A stretch of 64,000 bases of DNA from the human T2T-CHM13v2.0 reference genome, Homo sapiens (GCF_009914755.1 NC_060929.1); one strand, 5' to 3'. Counted from the stretch's first letter, positions 25,170 through 39,785 are shown. Numbers and translations are program-made. Notes: generated from the sequence alone by a model not told the origin.

Positions 25170-27000
25170 CAATCTAAGGGTTCTTGGAAGAAAGGCGTGG
25201 CAATGTGTGGTTTGGCCTGCAGCACCATTTGTAGTTTGATTGTTTCTAAGTGAGAGAAAACAATTCGATTTATAGTATTGAGTAGACAAGGTCTAAACAT
25301 TAATATAAGACATATGAGCAAAAGGGGGCTTAATAATGGAGCTAACCAGTTCCACAAAGAAGACTGTAATTCATTAAAAAGGGATTGTGGCCATTCAAGG
25401 CTGAAGCCTGCATTTTCTCTTAACTTGTCAATGATTTAACTTTATATTTATATTTAAGCACTTGTTGATTTTCTTCTACTTGACTTGAGGTGTTGATCCA
25501 AAAGCAGCATGTTTCATTTAAGATTGCACAGGTATCCCCTACCTCAGCTGTAAGGACATCTAGGACCCATCTACTCTGTGATACTACTAAGGCTAAAGAG
25601 TCTATGGATTGTTATTGTGCTTCTGTGACTCTTACTGTTGCCTTCCATCCTCATTGCATCATAATGGAAATATTAAGTACTGACTTTAAAGGGGAGGAAT
25701 ACTAGCAAACCAGAAGTGGTCTCTGATTATAGAATTTCCCATCCATGGTCTTCCTAAGATGGGATTGTCATGTGCATGCCCTCCCCAATCTTCTCTTTAA
25801 GTTAAATCTCTATATGAGGGCATGGAAATGATACCTCTCTTTGTTTGGTGTATCTGAGATAGTGCATTTTATAAAAAGGAACCTAGGTTAGGGATATCCC
25901 CAGATGATCCACGCATGTCAGTGGAATTTAAAAATAATAGGTTGAGGACCACTGCTACTATGATGCACATTCCTTACCAGTGCCTAGGGAGGATTAAGTG
26001 TAGCTAGGAGCCACAAAGAAAATATAATCCTGACCCTTGAAAAGATGGTTCTAAGTTGTGACTTCTGAGGAACATAGGTAGACCCTTCTCATATCTGAGA
26101 AGCTTTCTCCCATTAGATATAGTAGAAGCATCTTTGGAACAGGGATATCCATACTCAGGATACTCATTTGCAATGCCATTTGGAATCTTACATGCTAAGT
26201 AAGAAGGGTTCACCTGACAAATGGAGTTTTGAAAAATTAGGGAAATAATATGGCCTGGCCAATATAGCAGATAATTTTTGTGGCAAGGACTGTCAGTCCA
26301 GAAATCTCCAGTTTTCCCACAGACTTGTAGGCCACTACTATTAGCAAACATCATACAAGGATCTGGAATTCTGTGAGGGGACATGTTTGGAAAGACCCAT
26401 AAGTTATTCTTTACATTACAGTCAAGGGTGTTACTTAGAGCATGCCACTCCCACTGGGACTTCCAACCAGAAGGAGAGGCTAGATTCTGAAAGCCTCCCC
26501 CCTCCCCATTAGGGCTTCTGATCCTTTTAGATCACCCTTATTCCATCCTCCTCCCCAAATATTTGAACTATCAGCAATTACAAGTGTGATGTTATGATAT
26601 TTGAGCTCTCCCAAATATCCCAAATATTGGTCTTTCCCCACTGTTTTTAAAGCAGAGGGAGGCATTTGCTATTACCAGGTCAATTTTTCTCAGGCTGAGG
26701 GTGTGAAGCTTATCTTTAGGGAGATTGTTCTTTGTCACTGGGGGCAGAGTATTTTCCCGAGAGGAGTTAGTTAACTAACTGAAAGTGTTCCCATACCATG
26801 TCTCATTTATGCCTGATATGTCTTTAAGGGTTAAAGGTAAGGCTAACAAAGGTAATCCTAAAAGTGTAAGTTCCAGGTCATTGAGAGGTTCCTCAGTGTT
26901 ACTGAGCTGAGAAAAATGCTCAAGACAGACCCAGCAATTAGTCTTATTGTACAAATGGGCCATGGCTGATATTGTAGGAGCTGAAGGGAGTGATGTATAA
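25170..27000 (-). pseudogene. Decayed gammaretroviral-type env
   Basis: SU start NKTNCWVC (CXXC). TM SLALVVSQSRWVLDVLTAEVGDTCAILNETCCFWINTS shows an ISD-like segment and CX6CC. Membrane anchor WNWLAPLLSPLLLICLILMFRPCLLN. Confidence 0.88.
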
Positions 27001-27299
27001 ATAAACCCAATAAAAAGTCCTAGCAGACTCAGTGATAGTAAAACTTGTATGTACCCTTCTTTTCAGTAACTTTTATCCCTGAAATTATGTGTCAAAAAAA
27101 GCTTCAATATTTGTTAGCAAATATTGAGAGAAAAAGTAGAAATGACTGAATGGTAGAGACGGAACTGAGTAAGATGCGTACCCCTTGCTTATTTACTTGT
27201 CTTATGATTTTCAGCTCAAGGTCTTCTATTTCTCCACATTTGTATCCAAGATGTTCCTCTGAGCTGTCAAGGGTTGCTGTCTCAGCTTTTTCAGGCTTT

Positions 27300-29460
27300 G
27301 ACTCAAGTGTGATGTATCCAGGAGTTGATACCTGTAACTTTTACTGCTAAGAGGGTTGAAAAGAGAATAGTGTAAGAACCTTCTCAGTTTGGGCTTAGGG
27401 AAGGAGAGAGAGAGAGGGAAGAGATTTTACCAATACCAAATTTCTTGGGTTAAATAAACCTGGTCCTACTTCTTGGGGCTGGGCTTCTGATAGTTGTGTT
27501 AATTCCTGTTTAAAGTGAGATGTTATGTGCTTAAACAATTCAGAGGTCTCTTGATCTAATAAGAAATCATTGGTGAGAAATGGCTGTCTATACAGGATCT
27601 CAAAAGGGCTTAGACCTAACTAACTTTGAAGGGGTGTTTATTACTTGCAGTAAAGCCATGGGAAAAAGAGCAACCCAAGAAAGGTGAGTTTCTTGGGGCA
27701 GTTTCCTGAGGTGTCTTTTGATGATATCATTTGTCTTCTCTACCTTTGCTGAGGACTGGGGTCTCCAAGTGCAATGGAGATGGTAATGTATGCCTAGTGC
27801 CTTTGAGTACCCCTGTGTGATGGTTGCCTTAAATGAGGGGCTGCTGTCACTTTGGAGGTACTTAGGTAGACCAAAATGGGAAATAATTTCGTTCACTAAC
27901 ACCTTTACTACCTCAGAGGCCTTTTATATATGGCATAGAAATGCTTCTACCCAATTAATGCAAGTATCTACCCATACCAGGAGGTATTGGATGCCCTTCA
28001 CCTTTGCCATGTGGGTGAACTCTATCCTCCCCTGGATAGATTCCCATCCTTTGGGTTTGAGGAAGAAGGAGCCATCTGTTCAGGGGATTATTTTTCAGAC
28101 AGACTTCACAAGCATTAACAATCTGTTTTACTGTTCTTAGTAAATTCTCTCCTGAAAACAATCTCTGGGCACCTTGATAAGTTTATCCTTTCCCAAGTGA
28201 AAAGCTTGGTGAAGGAATTTAGGAAATTTTCCCTAACTGGAGGCTGGGAAGTGGAGTTTGCCATACTCTGACTGCAGCCATCCTGAGGGCTGGAAGGTGT
28301 ACCCTCAAGAAATGGCCCATTCTATATCTGTAGGGGAGTACTGAGGCTTGATTTAAGGAACCTTCCCAGATGTGAGGGGCTTGAAGTGTGTTGATGTCAT
28401 GAGGATTTCTTGCTACTGACTTGGCTGTCTGATCAGCTAGCTTGTTTTCTTTGGCTATTTCATCTACTCCCTTCTGATGTACCTTACAATGCATCACTGC
28501 TACCTCTCATGGAAGGAAAGCTGAGGATAATTCCTTAATTATATTTTACAGGAGATTCATTGGCAGTAAGAAAGTACCTTTTTTTTCCAAATGGCAGCAT
28601 AAGCATGGAGAACCAGGAAAGCATACTTGGAGTCAGTGTAAATATTATCTATCTTTCCCTTGCTTAACTGAAATGCTCTTGTAAGAACTATCAGTTCAGC
28701 TAGTTGAGCACTTATGCCTGGAGAGAGTGATCTACTTTTAATAAAATTATTCAAAGTGACTACCGCATCTCCTACTTTATGGACTCCCTGCTCTACAAAG
28801 GAGCTTCCATCTGTGAAGAGGGTTCAATCTGAATTTTCTAGGGGGAGGTTCTCTGAGATATTCCCTGGCTTCATAGGTCTGTACCACAACTTATTCACAG
28901 TCATGTTCAGGCTCCCCAGTTCCCACAGGAAGGAAAGTGGCTGGGTGTAAGTGAGAGCAAATTTCTAACAATAAAGCTTGATATTTAAGGAGCCTATTGT
29001 CTTTTAACCAAAAGGCTTCCTTTAGAGGACAGTAATGTCACCACATTATGTGGGGTATAAACAGCTAAGTCATTTCTCAGGGTTAATTTTGATCCTTCTG
29101 GGACCAGTAGAGCCAGAGCAGCAATGGCTTGGAGACGTGCTGGTCATCCTATAGCCAGCAAATCAAGTTCCTCACTCAGGTAACCCACTGACTATTGAGC
29201 TGGTTTTCAACTCTCAGGGCCATTCCCTTCCTTTCTGATACATACAGATTGAAGGCCTTTCCTATGGGAAGGCTGAGAGCTGGTGCCTTAAGTAGGGCCT
29301 GCTTTAGCTGGTTAAAGGCATTTGAGCTTCATATACCCAGGAGATGAGTTTTAGCTGCTTGAGTTTCTCTTACGAGGTGATACAGAGAGTGAGCTATCTC
29401 ACTATACCCAGATACCCATAGCTTGCAAAATCCTGTAATGCCCCAAAATCCTCTTAGTTC
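27300..29460 (-). pseudogene. Decayed ERV1 pol (RT thumb/connection, RNase H, integrase)
   Basis: RT LRGFWGITGFCKLW; RNase H FTDGSSFV...SAQLAEL...NIYTDSKYAFLVLHA; IN FGLPKYLQSD...HCTWRPQSSAKVEKTNDIIK. Confidence 0.92.
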
Positions 29461-29621
29461 CTCTTGGCAACCTTAGCTGTAATCCCAATGATGCTGCAGA
29501 TGAATGGAAAAGGAACCATTTTTAATGTACATATTGGAGGGCCTATGAAGAACTAGGGCCAGACCTCTTAATTACTCTAAAATGTCCACGATAGACCAAA
29601 AGCCAGATGAGATTCCCTCAG
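29460..29621 (+). pseudogene. Inverted ERV1 gag (capsid) fragment
   Basis: Plus-strand translation NPNDAADEWKRNHF[fs]MYILEGL*RTRARPLNYSKMSTIDQKPDEIPS resembles HERV-W/HERV9-type capsid leading into the major homology region. Confidence 0.8.
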
Positions 29622-30160
29622 CAATTCCATTACTGGGCATATACCCAAAGGAATATGAATTATTCTACTATAAAAACACATGGACATGTAGGTTCATTTC
29701 AGCACTATTCACAATAGCAAAAACATGGAATCAACCGGATTCCCATAAATGATAGACTGAATAAAGAAATTGTGGTACATACACTCCAAGGAATTCTATG
29801 CAGCCATAAAAAAGAATGAAATCATGTTTTTTTGCAGGGACATGGTTGGAGCCAGAGGCTGTTCTCCTTATCAAACTAATGCATGAACAGAAAAACAAAT
29901 AGTACATGTTCTCACTTATAAGTGGGAGCTAAATAATGAGAGCACATTGACACACAGAGGAGAGCAACATACATTGAGCGTTTTGAAGGATGAAGGGTGG
30001 GAGGAGGGAGCGGATCATAAAAAATTGGATTTTAGGCTTAATATTTGGGGGATGAAATAATCTGTACAACAGCCCCTAATAACACAAGTTTATCTATGTA
30101 ACAAACTTGCATATGTACCCCTGAACTTACAATAAAAGTTAAAAAAAAATAAAAATAAAT
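29616..30160 (+). mobile_element. 3' part of the L1PA15/16-like element (ORF2 end, 3'UTR, poly(A))
   Basis: cagcaattccattactgggcatatacccaaagg...gttctcacttataagtgggagcta...cccctgaacttacaataaaagttaaaaaaaaa. Confidence 0.92.
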
Positions 30161-30274
30161 AATATGTTCTAGAGATCTACTGCATGAAACAACAGTAAGC
30201 TTATAGTTAACAACAGCGTGTGTGCACTTAATAATTTGTTAAGATTGTAGATTAATGTTACATTTATTTTCAAC

Positions 30275-30323
30275 GAATAAGTGAATAAATGAATGAATGG
30301 ATGAATGAATGAATGAATGAATG
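30275..30323. repeat. (GAAT)n microsatellite
   Basis: atgaatgaatggatgaatgaatgaatgaatgaatg. Confidence 0.9.
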
Positions 30324-31439
30324 CACACGTTGTGGTGACTCTCAGTAGGAGGGAGTGCTTAACTTTTCTAAAGTTATTCATACATGTGTTTTAGAATTCT
30401 GCTATGACACCATAAAACCTTCCAGAAGGATGACTCAACCATTGTAGCCAGGTTGAGAACCCTTGTTTATATACTTTCAGAGGGTTTCCCATAATCAGTA
30501 TTTCTGCTATTTTAATAGCTATTGCTATTAGATACCTTTTGTTCTAAAAAATGCCTGACACCCATTCTCAAAATATGGCTTCTGTTCTATTATGCTACGT
30601 TCTAAATTAGTTACAGCTTATTTGGTCTTAGATCTCATATTCATCTAAATATGTTTTCTTTGTTTTAAAAATCAAATTTCCCATCTAAGTCCAGCTCTGA
30701 ATAAGATAGAAGGGTAGTTTTCATTACTTTTCTTTTTTGGGGAGCCTTATTTAATTTGTATATCTAAGTGTGTTAGATTGGTTAGCTGGAAATCATTACC
30801 TCTGTTTCTCTTTTTGAGAATATTTTAATTAAATTTTCTTAAGTACATTGACATAAAATTATATAAATTTTTATTTTTTTAACATCTGAAATTGTAAGAC
30901 ATTCTCCATTCTTGTTATTGTCTATTTTTGCTTTTTTTTCTTTTCTTGGTTTCTCTTAATATCATTGTATTTTATTTGTTAGATCTGTCAAATAAAAAAT
31001 TTTTGGTGGATTTTTATAGTGAAGGTTTTGTTTTTGATTTTGTTTTCATTTTTTGTTTTTTATTAATTTTCACCTTTATCTCTGTAATTTTATTCTTTCT
31101 AATTTCTTAAATATGTTCTACTGCTCTTTATCTAATCTCATTTGTCAAAGATTTACCTCATTGAATTTTCACTGTATATTTTTCTAAGCATACATAAAAT
31201 GCTAAATTTCTTCTATTAGCCAGTTAATATAATCTCCCCAAAGCTAGGTAGGCTTTTGATTATTATTCAGTTTAAATATTTTCTAATACAAATTATAACT
31301 TCTTCTGTGACCTGTCATTTATTTGGGAGTGTATTTTTGTTATCAAATAAGTGTGCTTTCCAGTATATTTTATTACTGATTTCTAAATCAGTTATATTGA
31401 AGTGGGAGAATTGAATGGCACAAGTACCGTTAACTTTGT

Positions 31440-31764
31440 CTTTTTTTCAGACAGTCTAGCTCAGTTGCGCAGGCTGGAGTGCAGTGGTGATCTGGGCTCA
31501 CAGCAACCTCTGCTTCCTGGTTCAAGAGATTCCTTCACTGCAACCTCTGACTCCTGGGTTCAAGCGATTCTTTTGCCTCAGCCTCCTGAGTACCTGGGAA
31601 TGCAGGCACTAATCATCACACCCAGCTTTTATTTGTATTTTTAGTAGAGACAGGATTTCACCATGCTGGCCAGGCTGGTCACAAACTCCTAACCTCAAGT
31701 GATCCATCTGTCTCGGCCTCCCAAAGTGCTGGGATTACGGACGTGAGACAACACACCATGCCCA
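31440..31764 (-). mobile_element. Alu, AluS, with an internal duplication of about 37 bp
   Basis: Antisense Alu in which tcac.gcaacctctg...ggttcaag.gattc occurs twice. Confidence 0.9.
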
Positions 31765-31892
31765 GAAGAGTACTGTGGATTTTTTGAGGATGCATTTTGG
31801 TGAGACACAAAGTTAGTTTTCATAAGTAATTCATGTGTTTTCAAAAAAAAATGTGATCTACCGGTTGTTTAATGCAATGTTTTATATGGTTC

Positions 31893-32254
31893 TGATATGG
31901 TTTGGCTGTGTTCCCATCCAAATCTCACCTTGAATTATAGCTCCTATAATTCTCAGATGTTGTGGGAGGGGCCCAGTGGGAGAGAATTGAATGATGGGGG
32001 TGGTTTCCCCCATACTGTTCTCCTGGTAGTGGATAAGTCTCACCAGATTTGATGATTTTATAAGGGGTTTCCACTTTTGCTTGGCTCTCATTGTCTCTTG
32101 TCTGCCATCATGTAAGACGTGCCTATCATCTTCTGCCATAATTATGAGGACTTCCCAGCCATATGGAGTTGTGAGTCCATTAAACCTCTTTTTCTTTATA
32201 AATTACCCAGTTACAGGTATGTCATTATCAGCAGCCTGAGAAAAGGCTAATGCA
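31893..32254 (+). mobile_element. THE1 (THE1C-like) solo LTR
   Basis: tgatatggtttggctgtg...ggctaatgca with a perfect TSD ggttc (31888-31892, 32255-32259). Confidence 0.93.
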
Positions 32255-33098
32255 GGTTCCATTAAATAATGTTTGTTCATTGTGCTATTAATACACTTAT
32301 CTTTAATATGTTTTATCTGCATGATTTCTCAAATTTAAAAATTATATTAAAATTTTATATAAAATATTAACAGTAGGTTCACAAAATTCTCAATCTACTT
32401 CTGTCAAAATCTATTATTGTTATTTTGAGGTTTGTTTTTAGGTATATGTTTAGGAGTCCCTTCACATGTTTAGATTATTTTGATATGATCCAAATTATCT
32501 CTCATGCTTTTCTTATTAATGTATGACATTAAGGTATATTTTGACTACCATAAATATAAGCACACTGGCTCTAGTTTTTTGCTAGTTGATTGGTTTTGCT
32601 TTAGAGTCTTTCAGAAACATATCTTCCCTTTACCAGGAAAAAATATTTATCTGAATATAAAAAGCAAACTATATTTATTTTGGTTATAGATATGCTTTTC
32701 TCTTGTGCACAAGTGCTAAATTCAAACTTTGCATACATCTTTAAAGCTTCTGTTTATATCACATCAGCTAACATTTCGGTAGCTAAAACAAGTTATTAGA
32801 GACAGTGTGAATTAGGACTGCCGACCCACATAAGGGCCCACTTATTCCAAATTAGCTGGGCAGATTTTTTCCCCCATCTTGTTTTAACAATTTCAAAACA
32901 AACAAATTTTACCATACCCTTTTACATAGCAAAGATTTTTTATTCACCTCTATATATAGGATGTAGTCCTTCATGCCGTCACCTTTATGCAAAGACTTCT
33001 TACTAAATTCCTCATCTCCTTTACTACTGAGTTTATCTCCTATCCTACAAGCCTGTGCTATCATTGGATGGTAGTTTCCAGTCTCTAGGGTTCAGTTA

Positions 33099-33435
<337 letters not shown>

Positions 33436-33557
33436 AGAAAACAGGTTGGAAGTAAGCTATGCTGTGAGACCTCCATGGTTCTTATTTTCAGTTTAAACGT
33501 GATCCTCAAATTATTTATATTTATGATTTATTCTTGATTTATTTTAGGCTATTAAAG

Positions 33558-33559
<2 letters not shown>

Positions 33560-33599
<40 letters not shown>
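33560..33599. repeat. (GT)n microsatellite
   Basis: About 20 perfect GT units. Confidence 0.97.
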
Positions 33600-33601
<2 letters not shown>

Positions 33602-33646
33602 CTATGTCTATGGCAATATGGCAATTTAATTGTTTCAACTGAAAGG

Positions 33647-34013
33647 TGTCTTAGTTTGGGCTGCTATCACAAATTACTATAGACCGAGTGACTTAAAAAT
33701 AAAAAAAATGTATTTTTCACAGATCTGGAGGGTGAAAGTCTAAGATCAGCATGCCGGAATAATCAGGTTCAAGTAAGGACCCTCTTACGGGCTTGCAGAT
33801 GGTAGTATTTTCACCTTCTCACTGCGTCCTCCCATGGTGGAGAGCAGAGAGAGAGGAAGGAAGCCTTCTCAAGCCTCTCATAAAGGCTGTAATTCCATCA
33901 TGAGGGCTCCACCCTTATGACCAAATTACCTCCCCAAGCGCCAATACCATCACCTTTGGGGTAAGGGACTCAACATATGAATTTGGGGGGACAAAAACAT
34001 GCGGTCCGTGAGA
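33647..34013 (-). mobile_element. MaLR LTR, MLT1A-like
   Basis: tgtcttagtttgggctgctat...catgagggctccacccttatgacc...caacatatgaatttggggggaca. Confidence 0.88.
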
Positions 34014-34047
34014 GGAGGATTGTTCAGGACGATTACTCATAATATTA

Positions 34048-34287
<240 letters not shown>

Positions 34288-34769
34288 TACTACCTACCTT
34301 GCCACAAATTCTCAAATGTTACGATTGCTTCCTCTCACAAAGATGTGCTAAGTCTCTTCTATTAGGAACAAAATACGTGGTGCTGGCTTCAACTGGGGAA
34401 GCTATGTGGCTAGACTTCACTTGAGAGTTCCATTTTTCCATTTTTCTGGGAATCAGTTCAGTTTTATAATTATCACATTATGATATAATGGTCCTAGTAT
34501 TCTCACTCTCTCTCTATGCCTTCATCCAGAGCTGAGACCATTTTCTCCCTTTATACAGACCATCATTGTAGCCACCTCTGTGAATTGAGCACAACACAGC
34601 AGGGCGATTGGCCTTACTTCAAATTCCTATCAGTACTGCCTGCAGGCCAGGCCATGTGTATCCACACATAGTACTGAATATTGTATTTTTATTAACCTAT
34701 AATTTATAACAGTGTTGGCCTTTGTGTAGCTTTCATTTCTCCATATCTCAGTATTTTTTTAAGGCAAAG

Positions 34770-35455
34770 TGATGGGGAAACATAATTTAAAACAAAATCT
34801 GTTCCGACCCAGAAATCTTCTCCAAAAAGATAGTAGAAAAAGAAAACACTTTCATTATTGAATAAGCCTTAAACCAGAATGCAATGTGCATCACAGGTAC
34901 CCACTAAGAGATTGTAAAGACAGAAAGAAATCTCACTTTGTTATATAGCCTAGCTGGTACAATACATTACATATATGTTTTCAAATTCCACAATGGCTAG
35001 TCCTCAAATTAGAGGACATAACAGCACCGTGGGTCACACACAGTTCATTCTAGGTTTGTCTGGTTATTGGGGTAACGATTCATGGTAATTACCTGCGTTA
35101 ATATAGGAAGAAACAAACTTCTCATATCTTTATAACAGGACATAGTTTTGCAGCTTAGAGCCAGGCTCCCATCTAAAAAGTTATTTCTCCATTAACATAG
35201 AAACTGAAGATGGAGTGTTATCTCCCTTTATGCTTACATTTCAAAGAAAAGCTTCATAGATGTTTGAGAAAACTGGAAAAAGATTTATCCAGTTTACAAA
35301 AGGATTTATATACATTTCAAAAAGTAGAGAAAGTACTTAAAATTGCAAGTTTTCTAAAGTAAACAATCTAAGAAAAAGGGAGAGCAGACATCTCTTTCCT
35401 TACTTTTAACAGGGAGAATTAAAACTCTTATTTTATATTTTTATTTTCCTTTCCA
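34770..35455 (-). mobile_element. ERV1 LTR, MER67-like
   Basis: aaaacaaaatct...cccagaaatcttctcca...ttattgaataagc.ttaaaccagaatg...gacagaaagaaatctcac; ttatatagcc reads as an antisense TATA. Confidence 0.65.
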
Positions 35456-35657
35456 AAATGGTATTTGGCATCTATACAAATACATCTTCTTTAAAATGGC
35501 ACTTCTTTATTTTTATTGATAGCTGTTTCTTCTGACACTTGTTTGATCCTTAAATTTCTTGAGAGCAAATGATAGAAACCACTTGCAAATAAATTTACTT
35601 CAATGGAGGAATGAAATCTTGAGATATTAATTTAGGCTTTTGTTGTGGTTAGTGTGA

Positions 35658-35997
<340 letters not shown>

Positions 35998-36974
35998 TAA
36001 ACTTTTCTTAAATAGGGCATTTCTATGTTCAATGGTCTGAGTTCAGGCCTGGTACAATAGATACAAAAAGAGAAAGGGCAACAGGGACATCAGAAAATTT
36101 AGGACCAAATGCATGTTTAGTTAGAAGCAGTAAGACAAAAATGCTTTTGACTTAGAAGAATTTAAAAGTCAGAGGCTGAAGTACCTCTAAACCTAAAGTT
36201 TATCCAAAATTTGCAAGCTTGTAAAGAGAACACTGTATAGAAAGCACCAAATACCTCTTCTCTCAAAAATTCCTTAATATTTACCTGGACTGGGGTTGGT
36301 GGAAGACGAGAGAAAGATTAAAACAGCAAACTTTGAACACTAAATTGAAGGGTACAATGTTTACTCTTCAGAAAACAACCCATTGTCTTCTTCACCCAGA
36401 TGTCAGGCAAATGAATAGAAATGGGTTGGGGATGAGTCTGCCTTAAGAATGACTAATGATAAACACAAAATGCAGGCAAGTTCTGAAGGATTGTAGTTAA
36501 GAGGACATGACCATATCCAAGGTAAACCTAAAGGAGGCAGCAGCGTGATACAAAGATTTTCTGAAATTCCACGTTTACATGGAAGCTTGACATGTCCAGT
36601 ACAGAGCTGCACAATCTCTCACTCCCAATCCTAACCTCTTCTGTGAGTCTCCAGAGGTCGAGATAGGTAGATGAGAGCTCAGTATATTTCTGTCACTATT
36701 GAGTAAGAGCAAGAAAGTTGGAAAGGAAGACTCACTAGGTATGAATTCACCTTTTCAGTACAATTTTGTTTCTACAAGAGTGGTCCAGGGCCCCATAGGC
36801 TTCTCTGAGTCAATTCAGGGAGTCTATGAGATTGAATTTTTTAAATAATAATTATAAATTATTATTTGCCTTTTTCCTTCTCATTTTTCTCAAGAGTGTA
36901 GAGGAGAGTTCACAAGGCCATATGACTTGTGAGATCCACAACGCATTGGATGCAGCTGTCTTCTACTAAACTAG

Positions 36975-37196
36975 GCCTGTGCTGTTTGTTATAGCACCAA
37001 TTATCTATGCATGGCTACTGAGCACTTGAAATGTGCCTAATCCCCAGTGAATGAGCTGTAAGTGTAAAACACTTACAGGAGTTGGAATATTTTGTATAAA
37101 AATGAATTTAAATATCTTAATACTTGTTTAGATATTAATTACATATTGAATTTAAAATAGTTTGAATATATTGGGGCAATAAGATATATCACTTAT
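36975..37196. mobile_element. MER33/MER3-like hAT-Charlie relic
   Basis: catggctactgagcacttgaaatgtg...gctgtaagtgtaaaacac...gaatatattggg. Confidence 0.7.
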
Positions 37197-37374
37197 ATTC
37201 CACAAAATGAACCAATAACTGTGAGATCTCTTGAGACAGGAGGCATGACTGTCTTTTCCCTCAGCTTTCACTGCTATCTGACCCATAGGAATGAGTTATA
37301 TTGTATAAAGATATTTTGTTTTTTATAAAACTAAACTGCCAAATTCCATTCAAGTACTTTATTTGGTATTCTGC

Positions 37375-37839
37375 TGTCAACCTAAAAGCAAAAAGCTGGA
37401 CCAAATTAATACAAGGAAAGAGTTTATTTGGGACAAGCTTGAGATTGCAATCTGGGAGCATAGATTCATGTTTTCCTGAATATACACTCCAATTAAGAGC
37501 AGTTACAAGTGAATATTTAAAGACAAAACTGGGGGAGGGAGCGGAGAGTGGACTGATACAAATTGTCAAGAATTCTCATTGGCCTAAGAAAATAACATTG
37601 ATTCATGATTGGCTATACACTTACACATTAGTAAGCTGTAGGGTGTGGATTATAATGTCTGATGTGGCAATATTAGGTTAATTTGCAACTACTCGTGGCA
37701 ATAGTAAGTAGTTTCAGGATATGGATAAATAGCTCAAAGCAGAGAGTAAGGTGTGATTGCAATCTCATTTTAATGTCTCTTTGGGCTTGATAGTTAAAAA
37801 GACTTGCATTCCTTAGATAAAAGTAATTTTCTTTTCTCA
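37375..37839 (-). mobile_element. ERV1 LTR, MER57-like, the 3' LTR of the adjacent internal region
   Basis: tgtcaacctaaaa...agagtttatttgggacaagcttgag...gattggct...ttttctca, followed by tttttccc (antisense polypurine tract). Confidence 0.7.
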
Positions 37840-39499
37840 TTTTTCCCATTTTAAGCATTGATGATCAAAATGTAAATATCAAGGTGTGTACATTCTGTAT
37901 ACATTGCACAGTTGCTATAAGCTATCAATGGCTAAAAAGAAGAAAAAGTTTTCTTGATTTTGAAAAACAAAACAAAAGGAATCTTCAATGTTTCAAACAA
38001 AAAAGACATAAAAATTATTTCAGTCCTTTGTTAGTTTCATATAATTAATTATTGTTCTGTTTGATGCTGGGTTAGCAATTCTCATGAACACATCTGCTTT
38101 TTAATTAAAGTCCTGGAAGCTTTTACCTAGTCCAGTGGTATGGTTTCCCAAGTTATCAGGAACCTGTATTCAGGAGTACTTATCAGAATCCTGTCCATTA
38201 ATTTCCTTGAAGAAGAAACAAATTTTGGACTTGTGGCTGATTATAAACCCTTTTTGAGGAAAATAAAAGTAAAATAATAACTGTGGATGATAAAAGCCTT
38301 AGAACAGCTGTAAGGAAAGACACAATTAAAAAAATTATTCCTGTGACATATAACCGTTTAACATAATAATTATTAACATAATAATTTAACATAATAATTA
38401 TTGCTGATAACATATACTAAAACATACCAGAATTTTATGAATCTCATTAAGAAATTTAATCTCATCAACACATATCAGTAACACATTTAATCTAATTAAC
38501 ACATACTAATAACACAAATATATCCTAAATAAAGTTAAACACCATTTCTTATTTGACAATTCTTCCTGTATAATTTTAACATACCAAATAAGTCTAATAC
38601 ACCTCTCTTGTTCTTCCAGGAGATACTTCTGTAAAAAGACTGAATTTTTGAATTTGTAGTTTGATTTTGGAAAGTTCGTAATACAGTAAAGGTTTAAAAC
38701 ACTAGTTCAAAATTGGATCACAGGTCACTGTAAAATGATACTGATTCACTTAGCACAAGTCATAACTCAAATATTTTAAAAACTAAGAACATTTACTCTT
38801 TGATAAAGAAGAGACTCAGCTTCTCAAAGAATGAAAATGCTTAACAAAGACAGAATGAGACCAAGGGAATCTCTCTCTCTCTGTCTGTCTCTCTCTCTCT
38901 CTCCAGTTTATGCAAAAAGTGAACAAAAGTCTTTTACTATCCTGAGTAATATTATATGAAAACTTTGTTTAAAAGAAAAACCCTAACTTTCACTTTGTAT
39001 CAGTACATTCTTAATGCTAATGCTAACTTTAATATTAATAAAACCTTAAAAACAAATCCATCTAATCACAACCTGCTTTGACCACACAAGATAAGATTTC
39101 CATAAACCTTTTATAACCTCTTAAAATTTTCTATTACAGAGAAGACCAATGCTCCAAGAAAACCCTGTTACCTAACACAAGGGCCCAGACTTTGCCCCTG
39201 CACCAATGTGCTTTTGAAATTAACATTTAATTTTTTAAAAATTAAATAAACCCCTTTACATTTTGGCCAACTTTATCATACAGAAATCTCCTTTCACAAG
39301 ATCAATCTTCCACAAACCCACAACTTGCTTAAACCATCAGTTTTATACTACCATTTACCTTAGGACAAAAATTTACTTTACTTTCCCCTTTATCATCTTA
39401 ACCACACAAAATTCTCCCACGTAAAAGAAAAATTATTCTCTATTTTCAAATTTATTTACATCTTACTTTATACATTCTGTATATAAATGTGTTTGCTTT

Positions 39500-39785
<286 letters not shown>

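Noticed and set aside
25170-27000. Domesticated syncytin-like env
   Set aside because: The longest open piece is 126 aa, and there is a stop just before the ISD-like region.
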